From the NCBI GenBank assembly GCA_963805085.1, contig CAWDTA010000004.1:410233-474232 (forward strand): a stretch of 64,000 nucleotides of DNA, in the 5' to 3' direction. Each line of letters begins with the position of its first letter. Position 1 is the stretch's first letter. The stretch comes from an uncultured Veillonellaceae bacterium. Lineage in GTDB: Bacteria; Bacillota; Negativicutes; JARBTT01. Below the pieces are notes generated by a model. The model did not search any database. It was given only the letters and a program-made list of their open reading frames with translations, and was not told the origin of the DNA. Shown piece after piece: positions 10,665-20,623 of this stretch. The translations under genes were made by a program, and so were the position numbers.

Positions 10665-11645
10665 ATGTTAGATCAGTTTGGACGAACAATAGATTATATG
10701 CGAATTTCACTTACGGATCGCTGTAATTTATGCTGCAAATATTGTATGCCAGAAACCGGTGTCGAACAACTCGGTCGTAAGGATATGCTCTCTTACGAAG
10801 AAATTATAAGATTAGCAAAAATTTTTGCCGGACTTGGTATTAAAAAAATCAAATTAACTGGAGGGGAACCGCTAATCAAGTTAAATATTTGCCATCTTAT
10901 TCGGGAATTGAAATCTATTCCGCAAATTGAGCAAGTTACAATTACGACCAACGGTATTTTGCTTTCCAAAATGGCGAAGGATTTAATTTCAGCAGGAGTT
11001 GACGGGTTTAATATCAGTTTGGATACGCTCGATAGAGAAAAATTCCATCAGTTGACGCGCCACGACCAATTGTCTAACGTAATACAAGGCATTGATACTT
11101 TACTTGCGTTAAACTGTGAAAACATTAAAATCAATTGTGTACCAATTGAAGAAATTAATGAAGATCAATTACTTGATATTGCTGGTTTTGCACAAAAACA
11201 TCCAATTTCGGTTCGATTTATTGAATTGATGCCAATTGGTATGGCACATGATTTTACGGCAATTGAAAAAACTACGATTGTTTCGATGTTGCAAAAAGAA
11301 TATGGTAAATCATTTCCTTGGTCAGGGCAACTTGGTAATGGTCCTGCAACTTATTATTCATTTCCCGGATTTAAAGGAAAGATTGGCTTTATTGAAGCAA
11401 TGCACAATAAATTTTGCATGACCTGTAATAGAATTCGTCTAACAGCCAATGGTTTTTTAAAACTTTGTCTCCAATATGATAAAGGTGTAGATTTAAAAAA
11501 TCTGTTGAGAAATCAAAACGATAATGATTCTATTCGGGCAGTAATCGAAAAAAGCATTTATAAAAAACCACAAGAGCATCATTTTAATGATGGCTCAGTA
11601 GTTGAAGGTCAAGATTTACGCAAAATGTTCCAGGTTGGTGGCTGA
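10665..11645 (+). CDS. moaA: GTP 3',8-cyclase MoaA
   Basis: CNLCCKYC radical SAM motif, LTGGEP, FCMTCNRIRL, C-terminal VGG. Confidence 0.96.
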   Translation: MLDQFGRTIDYMRISLTDRCNLCCKYCMPETGVEQLGRKDMLSYEEIIRLAKIFAGLGIKKIKLTGGEPLIKLNICHLIRELKSIPQIEQVTITTNGILLSKMAKDLISAGVDGFNISLDTLDREKFHQLTRHDQLSNVIQGIDTLLALNCENIKINCVPIEEINEDQLLDIAGFAQKHPISVRFIELMPIGMAHDFTAIEKTTIVSMLQKEYGKSFPWSGQLGNGPATYYSFPGFKGKIGFIEAMHNKFCMTCNRIRLTANGFLKLCLQYDKGVDLKNLLRNQNDNDSIRAVIEKSIYKKPQEHHFNDGSVVEGQDLRKMFQVGG

Positions 11646-11656
11646 ACATAAAGATA

Positions 11657-11694
11657 AGGGGTTATCACACTAAAGATTAGTGCGTTAACCCCTT
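11657..11694. terminator. Hairpin between convergent moaA and dbpA
   Basis: AAGGGGTTA..CACTAA/TTAGTG..TAACCCCTT inverted repeat. Confidence 0.65.
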
Positions 11695-11761
11695 AAAAAT
11701 TTATCGATATATAATTAAAACAAAAATATCTTTATCAGTTATAATGCTCTGCGATCACTGA

Positions 11762-13210
11762 TTATACTACGTGAACTTCTTTTATCGTATGAATCTTCCC
11801 TTTGATCTTCGTGGTTTTAAGTGCTTCAATGACAAGTTCACCTTTATCATTGAGAATTTCAACATAGGAGCATGTATCTTGGATATTGATAATACCAATA
11901 TCACTTCCACTGATCCCTTTAATCGTAGTAAGTGCTCCCATTATATCGCCTGGGCGCATCTTAGTTTTTTTACCAGCATTAATTCGAATTCTTGTAATAT
12001 GCTCATTCAATTTTTCGCTTTTATCAATTTTCAAAGTCGGCCCAATCACCTCAAGCTTATTAAGAATTAATTTTCCCTCTTCCACTTCATCTATGGTCGG
12101 AATTTCTTGCTCAGGAATCTCATAATCAACATAATCTTCAATCTTATGCAATAATTTGTATTCATACCTAGTTGCAAAGGTAAGCGCTACCCCAGAATTA
12201 CCAGCCCGCCCTGTTCTGCCAATTCGATGAACATAGCTTTCATTTTCTTGCGGCATATCATAATTGACTACCAATGAGATATCGTCTATATGGATTCCCC
12301 GCGCTGCTACATCTGTGGCAATTAAGAATTGAAATTCACCTCTTTTAAACTCTTGAATTGAAGCTAACCGATCTCGCTGTTCCATTCCGCCATGCAATGT
12401 CTTACAGGAATAATCTTTACATTTCATCTTCGCAAACACGTCTTCCACTTTGTCTCTCGTATTGCAAAAGATGATACAACTCTCCGGTCTTTCAACATAG
12501 ATAAGTTTCATCATCAGCTGAAACTTATCTTCTTCACGTACTTCATAATAACCTTGACGAATGTTTTCCAGACCAAAAGTCTGAGAATCAATTTCTATGG
12601 TAACAGGATCTTTCATGTATTGCTTGCAGATTTCCCGAATTTTAGCTGCCATTGTAGCTGAAAACAACATCGTGATCCTATCTTCTGGCAACACTTTTAT
12701 GATGTCCTCGATCTGATCAATGAACCCCATCTCCAACATTTTATCCGCTTCATCAATAATGAGGTACTTCACCTCTTCTAGATTTATATTACCTCTCTCG
12801 ATATGATCAAAAGTTCTTCCTGGCGTTCCAACCACAACATGTACTCTTTGTCTTAATTCCCGTTTTTGCACCTCAATAGGTTGTCTGCCAAAAACAGCAG
12901 CACATTTTACTCTCTTAAATCTCCCTATATTAGAAATCTCCTGCTTGATTTGTACTGCTAATTCTCTCGTTGGCGTAAGTACCAATACTTGAGGATTTTT
13001 TTGTTCGATTTCTATTTTTTCACAAACTGGAATAGCAAAAGCCGCTGTCTTACCACTTCCAGTCTGGGATTTAACGATGATATCTTTTTCTGCAAAAACG
13101 CAAGGGATAACTTCCTCCTGAACCTCAGTTAGTGTCTCATACCCCAATTCTTTTAATGCGCTGGCTACTTCTTTACTAAAAACATGCTTTTCAATGTTTT
13201 GACCATTCAT
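11762..13210 (-). CDS. dbpA: DEAD-box RNA helicase, DbpA type
   Basis: QTGSGKT, PTRELA, DEAD, SAT, HRIGRTGR; C-terminal GKKTKMRPGDIMGAL DbpA RNA-binding domain. Confidence 0.92.
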   Translation of the reverse strand: MNGQNIEKHVFSKEVASALKELGYETLTEVQEEVIPCVFAEKDIIVKSQTGSGKTAAFAIPVCEKIEIEQKNPQVLVLTPTRELAVQIKQEISNIGRFKRVKCAAVFGRQPIEVQKRELRQRVHVVVGTPGRTFDHIERGNINLEEVKYLIIDEADKMLEMGFIDQIEDIIKVLPEDRITMLFSATMAAKIREICKQYMKDPVTIEIDSQTFGLENIRQGYYEVREEDKFQLMMKLIYVERPESCIIFCNTRDKVEDVFAKMKCKDYSCKTLHGGMEQRDRLASIQEFKRGEFQFLIATDVAARGIHIDDISLVVNYDMPQENESYVHRIGRTGRAGNSGVALTFATRYEYKLLHKIEDYVDYEIPEQEIPTIDEVEEGKLILNKLEVIGPTLKIDKSEKLNEHITRIRINAGKKTKMRPGDIMGALTTIKGISGSDIGIINIQDTCSYVEILNDKGELVIEALKTTKIKGKIHTIKEVHVV

Positions 13211-13313
13211 ACGATGTTAACCCTCATTTTCTTCAAATTCTCTTAGTGCTAGCTTACTGTAGTTTATCAATCCTTATACCTATCATAGCACATTGCCAAG
13301 AACAAAGTCGCTA

Positions 13314-14504
13314 TTACTTTTCACTTTCAACTTTTTGCGTGAAGAGAAACAAGATCATTGATAACAGCAGTAATACAAGATAAATAAATGACAACGGAAT
13401 TTGCGAATCGGTTTTTAAGCTACTACCAAAGATCGTTACGAAGAATACGATGATTCCCGTTAATGTGCCGAAAATCGAGCTCGCTGTTCCAGCGGTTTTA
13501 GAAAACAGCGTCATGGTTTGCACAAGTGCATTTGGAATAATAAAACCAATGAAAAAGAAAATGAGGAAGGTAGGAATTAAAACAACATATAGATTCATTT
13601 CGAACGTAAAACCTAATAGTATCATCAATATACTACTGGTCAAAGCGCTAATCAATCCAAAAAGCAACAACGTTTTGCTCTTAAAATAATTACTAGCAAA
13701 ACGGTTTGATAACGCACCTAAAAAGTAAGCACACCCTAATACCAAAGCAAGATTTCCATAGTCAATCACCGAATACTTTAGCACTGTTTGAATCAAAAAT
13801 GGACCAACTACATTAAATAAGACTACAATTGCATAACAAAAACCTGATACTGTCGTAAGCAGCATAAATACCGGATGCGCGCCAATCAAACGTATACTGT
13901 TATAAGTTTTTGAAAAGCTTAACTCAACTAGATGCAAATTTGTCTCTGGCAGCTTGGTAAAAGCATACACAAAAATAAACAATCCATACAAACCAAAAAG
14001 ATAAAAATTGGCTTGCCAATCAAAGTAATGCTGTAAGTAACCGCCAATGAAAGGTGCAATGATCGGACCCAACGACCAACTCAGGGTAAGCGAATTGGTT
14101 GCTTTCGCTAATTCAGCACCAGAAAAAACGTCTACTATAATTGCTCTGGCTACAACTGCCAAGCCTGCTACACTGATTCCTTGTAGAAATCGGCACACTT
14201 CTAGCATAAACACATTAGATGCTAAAATCGCTAAAAAGCTTACCAATGTAAAGAACAACGCACTCAGCAGCAGAACTTTCCTACGGCCAAAGCTATCCGA
14301 CACGACCCCAAGAATAGTCTGCCCAATGCCATAGCCTAACATATATAAGCTAATCGTCAATTGTACAAAATTCGCTTGCGTCTGAAAGTAATTGGTAATT
14401 GCCGGCAGGGAAGGAACATATAGATCTACCCCTAGTCCGAGCAAGAATGGTACAATAAACACCAAAGAATTTATATTTCGTTTTTGCGATAAAGAATATT
14501 CCAT
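13314..14504 (-). CDS. MFS drug efflux transporter, Bcr/CflA family
   Basis: DLYVPSLP, SDSFGRR, GPIIAPFIGG; about 12 TM segments. Confidence 0.88.
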   Translation of the reverse strand: MEYSLSQKRNINSLVFIVPFLLGLGVDLYVPSLPAITNYFQTQANFVQLTISLYMLGYGIGQTILGVVSDSFGRRKVLLLSALFFTLVSFLAILASNVFMLEVCRFLQGISVAGLAVVARAIIVDVFSGAELAKATNSLTLSWSLGPIIAPFIGGYLQHYFDWQANFYLFGLYGLFIFVYAFTKLPETNLHLVELSFSKTYNSIRLIGAHPVFMLLTTVSGFCYAIVVLFNVVGPFLIQTVLKYSVIDYGNLALVLGCAYFLGALSNRFASNYFKSKTLLLFGLISALTSSILMILLGFTFEMNLYVVLIPTFLIFFFIGFIIPNALVQTMTLFSKTAGTASSIFGTLTGIIVFFVTIFGSSLKTDSQIPLSFIYLVLLLLSMILFLFTQKVESEK

Positions 14505-14520
14505 TTTTATTATCCTCTTT

Positions 14521-14564
14521 CGATACTCAGTTATGTAAAATTTATTTTACATAACTGAGTATCG
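14521..14564. repeat. Perfect 21-bp inverted repeat upstream of the MFS gene
   Basis: CGATACTCAGTTATGTAAAAT-TT-ATTTTACATAACTGAGTATCG. Confidence 0.95.
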
Positions 14565-14661
14565 GTCCTTTTCCACTTGATTTTCTTCTTTCCATTGTAT
14601 ATGATTTAAAATAAAAAGAAAGTATGCACTTTTACGGTAGATACTATCTAAAAGGAGAGCA

Positions 14662-15006
14662 ATGATGCAAAAATGGTCGCCAGCTGAATGTAATTGTTCC
14701 ATCGCTTATACACTATCTGTGGTCGGTGGTAAATGGAAATGGATGATCCTTTATAAACTATTTCAAAATGGCATACAAAGGTATGGAGAAATCAAAAAAT
14801 CAATACCACCGATCACCCATAAAATGTTAAGCCAGCAACTAAAAGAACTAGAAGCCGAGCAATTGATTGACCGAAAAGAATATCATCAAATTCCGCCCAA
14901 AGTGGAATACTCCTTAACCGAGAGAGGCAATACCTTGCTTCCCATATTAGAGCTCATGTCTCATTGGGGAGCAGAAAACAAACCTATTGGAATGATTAAA
15001 TCATAA
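14662..15006 (+). CDS. HxlR-family winged-helix regulator
   Basis: GGKWK, ITHKMLSQQLKELE, IPPKVEYSLT; N-terminal Cys. Confidence 0.93.
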   Translation: MMQKWSPAECNCSIAYTLSVVGGKWKWMILYKLFQNGIQRYGEIKKSIPPITHKMLSQQLKELEAEQLIDRKEYHQIPPKVEYSLTERGNTLLPILELMSHWGAENKPIGMIKS

Positions 15007-15131
15007 TATAAAACTATACAAGTAATTTAATATTTTTTAAGCTGTTATTCTAACCCAAGAATCATTCTGCCAGCATTTACGATAGCGCCATTAGAAATAT
15101 ATTTGTTTGTTAGAATGACTCCCAACTGTCC

Positions 15132-15950
15132 TTACTGTAAAACTTGCAGGTCTTTTAATATTGATTTCGTTATCTCTCTAGCTTTTCCACCAATTGCGCC
15201 GTCGGGTGCTTGAATATCGGTGGCGAAGAAATAGCGATGCCCCTGTTTTTCGACACAGCCAACAAACCATCCTAATATCCATTTATCATCCTGTAATCCC
15301 GAACCTGTTTTACCCATAAATCGCACATTATCATTTTCCAATAAAGTAATATTCTTTTTCACTATCTCCACATTTTGAGGAGACACCGGCAATTCTCCTG
15401 CGTATAGACTGTGCAACAAGTCCACTTGTTCACGCGCCGAAATTTTTAATGAAGAACGCAGCCAGAATGTGGTCAGTCCGCCAGAAATATCCCGATTGCC
15501 ATACCCTATAGTATCAAGACCTGCCTGCATTCTCTCTGTTCCAATTCGCCGTGCAAGTTCTTGGAAATACCAGACAACAGAATCCTTTGTTGCAGACGCC
15601 AATGTTTGATCATGGTTCCAAGCAGGAAACGAATATTGCTTTCCATTCCATTTAAATATTGTATATACATCTTCTTGATCCAAGATACCAGTTTCCAATC
15701 CGATAAGTGAATTATAAATTTTAAAGGTAGAACATGGCGACAGACGTTTCATACTTTGAGGCTCGTTGAAAACTGTATATTTATCATTAGCCTCATCGTA
15801 CATAATAAACGTACCAGTAGTGAATCCATCAAAGTACTTTGCAAAGTCTTCCTTTATCACAACCTCCGCTGCACTCGTACTACTAATTGAGCTAAAATTA
15901 ACAAGGGCAGCTGTCAATAAAACTAGAAAGCATTTTTTCAATTTAATCAT
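15132..15950 (-). CDS. Class D (OXA-type) serine beta-lactamase
   Basis: Signal peptide; STFK, SVVWY, YGN, FWL, KTG, GWFVG motifs. Confidence 0.9.
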   Translation of the reverse strand: MIKLKKCFLVLLTAALVNFSSISSTSAAEVVIKEDFAKYFDGFTTGTFIMYDEANDKYTVFNEPQSMKRLSPCSTFKIYNSLIGLETGILDQEDVYTIFKWNGKQYSFPAWNHDQTLASATKDSVVWYFQELARRIGTERMQAGLDTIGYGNRDISGGLTTFWLRSSLKISAREQVDLLHSLYAGELPVSPQNVEIVKKNITLLENDNVRFMGKTGSGLQDDKWILGWFVGCVEKQGHRYFFATDIQAPDGAIGGKAREITKSILKDLQVLQ

Positions 15951-15967
15951 CCTTCTTTATAGTTCAT

Positions 15968-16067
15968 TTTACAGTTGTAATCTAAATATCTTATTATCTC
16001 TAGCACATTTTAGATTACAGTTGTAGTCCTTGGTTAATATATTACACTTGTAATCTATTAATGTCAA
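15968..16067 (-). promoter_or_regulatory. Beta-lactamase promoter with three BlaI operators
   Basis: TTACA-N2-TGTA dyads at 15968-15983, 16012-16028 and 16039-16056; minus-strand TTGACA-17-TAATAT overlaps the third. Confidence 0.85.
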
Positions 16068-16080
16068 TATACACCATACA

Positions 16081-16137
16081 ATTTTACATTCAAAAAAAAC
16101 GCATGGCAATGAACCATACGTTTTTTGAATGTAAATT
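16081..16137 (-). terminator. Hairpin after blaR1
   Basis: TTTACATTCAAAAAA..CG.ATGG/CCAT.CGTTTTTTGAATGTAAA inverted repeat. Confidence 0.7.
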
Positions 16138-16138
16138 T

Positions 16139-17947
16139 CTATAAAATATTTTTTTCTTTAAGAATTGATACTGTTATATTTCTGGCATTATTGCCGTCAG
16201 CTCGCTCTTTTCCTTGAATATTGGTTGCAAAGATATAGACTTTACCTTCTCTCTCCACATACCCTACATACCAACCGTTGACACTATTGCCGTCCACTAC
16301 TCCGGTACCAGTTTTCCCATATAAAACTACTTTGTCCTGTTCAGACACTTTGATTACTTTTTTGACGATATCGATATTTTTTTGAGAAAATGGCATTTCA
16401 TAAGTATAGAGTTTTTTTAGCATCTCTACCTGTTCTATCGGGGATATTTTCAGGGAAGATTCAACCCAGAAATCACGAATACCACCAGAAAGATCATTGT
16501 TACCGTAGCCAATTTGTTTTAAATAGTCCTCTATTCTAGTCTTTCCCACGCTAGAATCAACTTTCTGAAAATACCAGTTTACCGAGTAAGACATCGCAGA
16601 CGTTAGTGTCTGATTTCTATTCCATTGTTCGAATGGATAAATAGTTTTATCCCACTCTAATAGAGTATTTTCATCTGTTAGAATTCCACTCTCAAGCCCG
16701 ACTAAAGAACTGACTATCTTATAAGTTGAATTCGGTGATTCACGTTTTTTACTGTTGTCGTCATTATATACCTGATACTGTCCTTTTTTTAGGTCAAGTA
16801 AAACGAAAGTTCCGTCGTACCCTTGAAAATAATTACTCAAATCTTCATAGACAATATTTGGGTTTACCACCGTCAATTTTCCTTCCGGCGTCGCTCCAGC
16901 TGTTGAATTTGCATCAGTCAGCACGATACAACCTATCAGTAAAAAAAGCAGTATTTGCCAGATAAGACTAGTTACAGTTCCTTTTTTATACGAAGCAATC
17001 ATTGTCATTCTTTTCTTAATATGGCCTTTACCACTTGCCAATCTAGCCATCGTGTAATCGTATCCATGATATGAGTTTCTTTCCAGAAAAGCAATAATCG
17101 CCGTGCCATAGTTTTTATATTCATCGGGTTTTAGCATAGAAAGCACATAAGCATCGCAGGCCACTTCCCGATCCTGCCGCATTTGATAGAAGGCATACCA
17201 GATAAATGGGTTAAACCAGTGCATGATTTGCAAAAATACTGTAACCCAATTGATATAAAGATCTTTGCGTTTAAGATGAGCCAATTCATGTAGCAAAATA
17301 AACCGTAAATCCTCATTGCTAAAATTGCTGATAATGCCACTTGGCAAGATAATATGCGGATTTGTTGCTCCCACCACCATTGGGATTCGGACTTTTGGTG
17401 ACTCAATCAGCACGATATTACGCTTAATGTTGATTATACTCTTACATTCTCCAAGCAATTTGATTGCAGGGTTATCATTTACCACGAAACTATCCTTTAT
17501 CAAGCATTTTAGCTTAAATGTCAAATGAATCGTGTAAAATGTTAAGCCTATCACTCCAATGAACCAGACAATAAATAGGACACCGTATCTAGAGTTAATG
17601 AATTTTCTACTGACAGATAACGAATAATCGTCAGTAACATTTATCATATTTACGATCGGCGAATGTTTTTCTTTATTCTGAACTGTCTTCTCATTATCTT
17701 GACTGTCAAAATAATTGCCGGTCAAATTCTGAATGCTTATATGATTAAAAATATTAAATACGCTTAATGAACTTTCAGGCGCGTAAGGAATTAACAACTT
17801 AAATATCAACAAAAACCATATGAGATACTGCCAAGTAGCATTCATTCTATTTTTCAGAACCAATCGAAGAATTGTAATCAGACCTATTAGAATGCTCCCC
17901 ATGAGTGAAGAGTATAGTAACCAAGAAATAAAGGAATATATCTCCAT
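16139..17947 (-). CDS. blaR1: Beta-lactam sensor/signal transducer BlaR1
   Basis: M56 peptidase HELAH and REVACD; C-terminal sensor STYK, SVN, KTG. Confidence 0.95.
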   Translation of the reverse strand: MEIYSFISWLLYSSLMGSILIGLITILRLVLKNRMNATWQYLIWFLLIFKLLIPYAPESSLSVFNIFNHISIQNLTGNYFDSQDNEKTVQNKEKHSPIVNMINVTDDYSLSVSRKFINSRYGVLFIVWFIGVIGLTFYTIHLTFKLKCLIKDSFVVNDNPAIKLLGECKSIINIKRNIVLIESPKVRIPMVVGATNPHIILPSGIISNFSNEDLRFILLHELAHLKRKDLYINWVTVFLQIMHWFNPFIWYAFYQMRQDREVACDAYVLSMLKPDEYKNYGTAIIAFLERNSYHGYDYTMARLASGKGHIKKRMTMIASYKKGTVTSLIWQILLFLLIGCIVLTDANSTAGATPEGKLTVVNPNIVYEDLSNYFQGYDGTFVLLDLKKGQYQVYNDDNSKKRESPNSTYKIVSSLVGLESGILTDENTLLEWDKTIYPFEQWNRNQTLTSAMSYSVNWYFQKVDSSVGKTRIEDYLKQIGYGNNDLSGGIRDFWVESSLKISPIEQVEMLKKLYTYEMPFSQKNIDIVKKVIKVSEQDKVVLYGKTGTGVVDGNSVNGWYVGYVEREGKVYIFATNIQGKERADGNNARNITVSILKEKNIL

Positions 17948-17962
17948 GAAAAAACTCCACCT

Positions 17963-18337
17963 TTATTTTTCTTTTCGCTCAAGGATATCCTTTAGTTCAG
18001 CAATCTCTTCTTTTGATAATTGTTTTTCTTCTAAAAAATTGGCAAACATAACATTTAAAGCACCAGAAAATACCTTTTCCAAAAAAGAATGACTTTCCGC
18101 TTTTACACACTCATTCTCTGATACCAGCGGATAATAAACATATGTCCGGCCATCCTTATCAAACGAAATTGCATTTTTCTTTACCAATCGTCCAAGCAGT
18201 GTTTTCACTGTCTTTGGCTTCCATGACGTAAGACCTTCAATTTTCTTGATAACTTCGTTCGCGGTAAGTGGCTGACCTGCCCATAAAATCTTCATGATTT
18301 GCCACTCCGTATCGGAGATCTGCGGTAATATTTTCAT
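17963..18337 (-). CDS. blaI: BlaI/MecI repressor
   Basis: ISDTEWQIMKILW, WKPKTVKTLLGRLVKK. Confidence 0.95.
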   Translation of the reverse strand: MKILPQISDTEWQIMKILWAGQPLTANEVIKKIEGLTSWKPKTVKTLLGRLVKKNAISFDKDGRTYVYYPLVSENECVKAESHSFLEKVFSGALNVMFANFLEEKQLSKEEIAELKDILERKEK

Positions 18338-18352
18338 AGTTTTCACCTCGTA

Positions 18353-18368
18353 AGATTACAAATGTAGT
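18353..18368. promoter_or_regulatory. BlaI operator upstream of blaI (autoregulation)
   Basis: AGATTACAAATGTAGT, same dyad as the bla promoter sites. Confidence 0.8.
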
Positions 18369-18476
18369 ATATAACTAATATAGCTTTTTTACTACCACTT
18401 GTCAAAAATATGTTTCACAAAAAAGCACCTATCTTTCGATAAGTGCCTTGGGAACCGCTGGAAAGACGGCCATTTT

Positions 18477-20198
18477 TTAAACTTTAAATTTTTGAATGGC
18501 ATCTTGTAAATCTGTCGCCATTTTTGATAAATGGGTGCTCGCTGAGGCAATTTCCTCCATTAATGCTGATTGTTCTTGGGTTGCTGCTGCAATTGTCTCT
18601 GTCTGATCAGCAACATTTTTACTTTCATTATTTATCGTGCTTGCAGCATCAACGACACCTTTCGTACCACCAGTTAATTTTTCACTGGCAGCTGAAATTT
18701 CATTGATTTCAGCAGACATCGTTTTAATCATTTGTAAAATTTCATTAAAACTCGCTCCAGCTAAACCAACTAACTCTGCACCTGCTTTTACTTCTTTTTT
18801 ACTTTCAGCCATAAAGGACACCGCGTTGTTTGTTTTTGATTGAACATCTCTAATTAACTCCGTAATTTCTTTGGTTGACTGAGCCGATTGTTCAGCAAGT
18901 TTTCTTACTTCTTCTGCAACAACAGTAAATCCTCTACCAGCATTACCAGCCCTAGCTGCTTCAATTGCCGCATTTAAAGAAAGCAAATTTGTTTGCCCCG
19001 CAATATTTGCAATCAATTCAACGATCTGTCCAATTCGCTTTGATTTTTCCTCTAATTCACCAATTACACCAGCGGTATCATTTGTTTTCTGTTCAATATC
19101 ACCCATTTGATTCACTGTTTTTTCAATTGCCTTGCCACCTTCAGTTGCCGAAATAGTTGTTTTTTCTGCCGTCTTTGCTACATCTATCGTATTTGCGGTA
19201 ACTTCATGAATCCCCTTTGCCATTTCATCTACAATTAGATTTGTCGTTATTGATAATTGCAGTTGTTTTTCTGCACCTTTAGCGACTTCAGTAATCGATT
19301 CTGCGACTTGTGCCGATGCCTGAGCAGATTGTTCAGCACTTGCTGTTAACTCTTGTGATGCCGCAGCTAATTGTTCTGATGTATTTGATAAATGTTTAAT
19401 CAGCGTTCTAATATTTTTATTCATTGTATCCACCGCTTGTGATAATGCGCCAAACTCACTTTTATCTTTCATGCTTCTTTCTGAAACATCTTGCGAAAAA
19501 TCACCAGCAGCTATTTCGCCTAAAAAATCTACTGATTCCCTTAACCGAGTAGTAATTTGTTTTACAATCATAAAACCAAGACCTACACCAATAACAATTG
19601 AAACTAACGTAATCGTTACAAAGACCATACTTGCCTTAGCAAAATCTTCTTTCGCTTGTTGATTCATTTTATTAGCATTTTTTTTCGAATTTTCCGATAT
19701 ATTTATCAAATTTTTAAAAGTCTTGTCCGCTAAAACTTGACCTTTTCGTTGATATAAGAGATATGCTTGTTCATTTTTATTTTGCATTGCTAAATCAATA
19801 ATCTGCGTATTCGCTTCCCGATACGGTTCAATCGATTCTTGCAGAGATTTAAGATTCTCTTTCTCTACTTCACCTAATGGTAGCTGCCCATATTTGGTAA
19901 GATTCTCAGTAAATGATGCTCTTAACTGACCAATTTCATTTAAGAATCGTTTATTTTCATTCTCATCAGCAGTCGCCATTAATCCATAAATATTGCCTTG
20001 AATCTGCTGTACATATAACCGATTTTCATAGGCTAATTCAATCTCTGTTAAATTATTGGCATACAAATCCTCTGTATTTTGGTTACTTTGTTTTAAATTT
20101 AAATAACCAATGCTCCCAACACTAATAATAGCAATGCTGAATACCGCAATGAGAAGATACAACTTTTGTCTAATTTTTAAATTACTTAATAAATTCAT
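18477..20198 (-). CDS. Methyl-accepting chemotaxis protein (four-helix-bundle sensor)
   Basis: Two TMs, [24 protein letters not shown] hairpin tip. Confidence 0.95.
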   Translation of the reverse strand: MNLLSNLKIRQKLYLLIAVFSIAIISVGSIGYLNLKQSNQNTEDLYANNLTEIELAYENRLYVQQIQGNIYGLMATADENENKRFLNEIGQLRASFTENLTKYGQLPLGEVEKENLKSLQESIEPYREANTQIIDLAMQNKNEQAYLLYQRKGQVLADKTFKNLINISENSKKNANKMNQQAKEDFAKASMVFVTITLVSIVIGVGLGFMIVKQITTRLRESVDFLGEIAAGDFSQDVSERSMKDKSEFGALSQAVDTMNKNIRTLIKHLSNTSEQLAAASQELTASAEQSAQASAQVAESITEVAKGAEKQLQLSITTNLIVDEMAKGIHEVTANTIDVAKTAEKTTISATEGGKAIEKTVNQMGDIEQKTNDTAGVIGELEEKSKRIGQIVELIANIAGQTNLLSLNAAIEAARAGNAGRGFTVVAEEVRKLAEQSAQSTKEITELIRDVQSKTNNAVSFMAESKKEVKAGAELVGLAGASFNEILQMIKTMSAEINEISAASEKLTGGTKGVVDAASTINNESKNVADQTETIAAATQEQSALMEEIASASTHLSKMATDLQDAIQKFKV

Positions 20199-20623
20199 TT
20201 TACATCTCTCCTTGTACAAAAATTTTAATAAACATGGAACTATATTCAATATATGAACCCAAAGCTTAATTTTTTTAAAACTTATGGTGTCATATCCTTG
20301 GTTAAGATAATATTATTTTTATTTATACTAAGATTTAGAGATATTAAAATTATAAAAAAGCTTATTAAACTTGCATCATTTATTCCTATTCAGATTTACA
20401 TTTGTAAATTTTTATCTTTTTTGTACAAAATTTTAAGATATTACTACTTTTCGGTTTTTCCCCTAGTATACCTTCCTAAAAATATAAATTTTTACATTTT
20501 TATAAATATTTTTAATAATTAATTTTTTTAAGGCGGAGTTTACTACAACTGAGTACAAAAAAAAAGGTACATTGACAACGTTTCAAAATAAATGAACCGC
20601 CGTTTTGTACCCCTTTATATTTT

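Noticed and set aside
20253-20522. 89-aa plus-strand ORF
   Set aside because: Very AT-rich promoter region of the MCP gene, no RBS, low-complexity I/F/K translation
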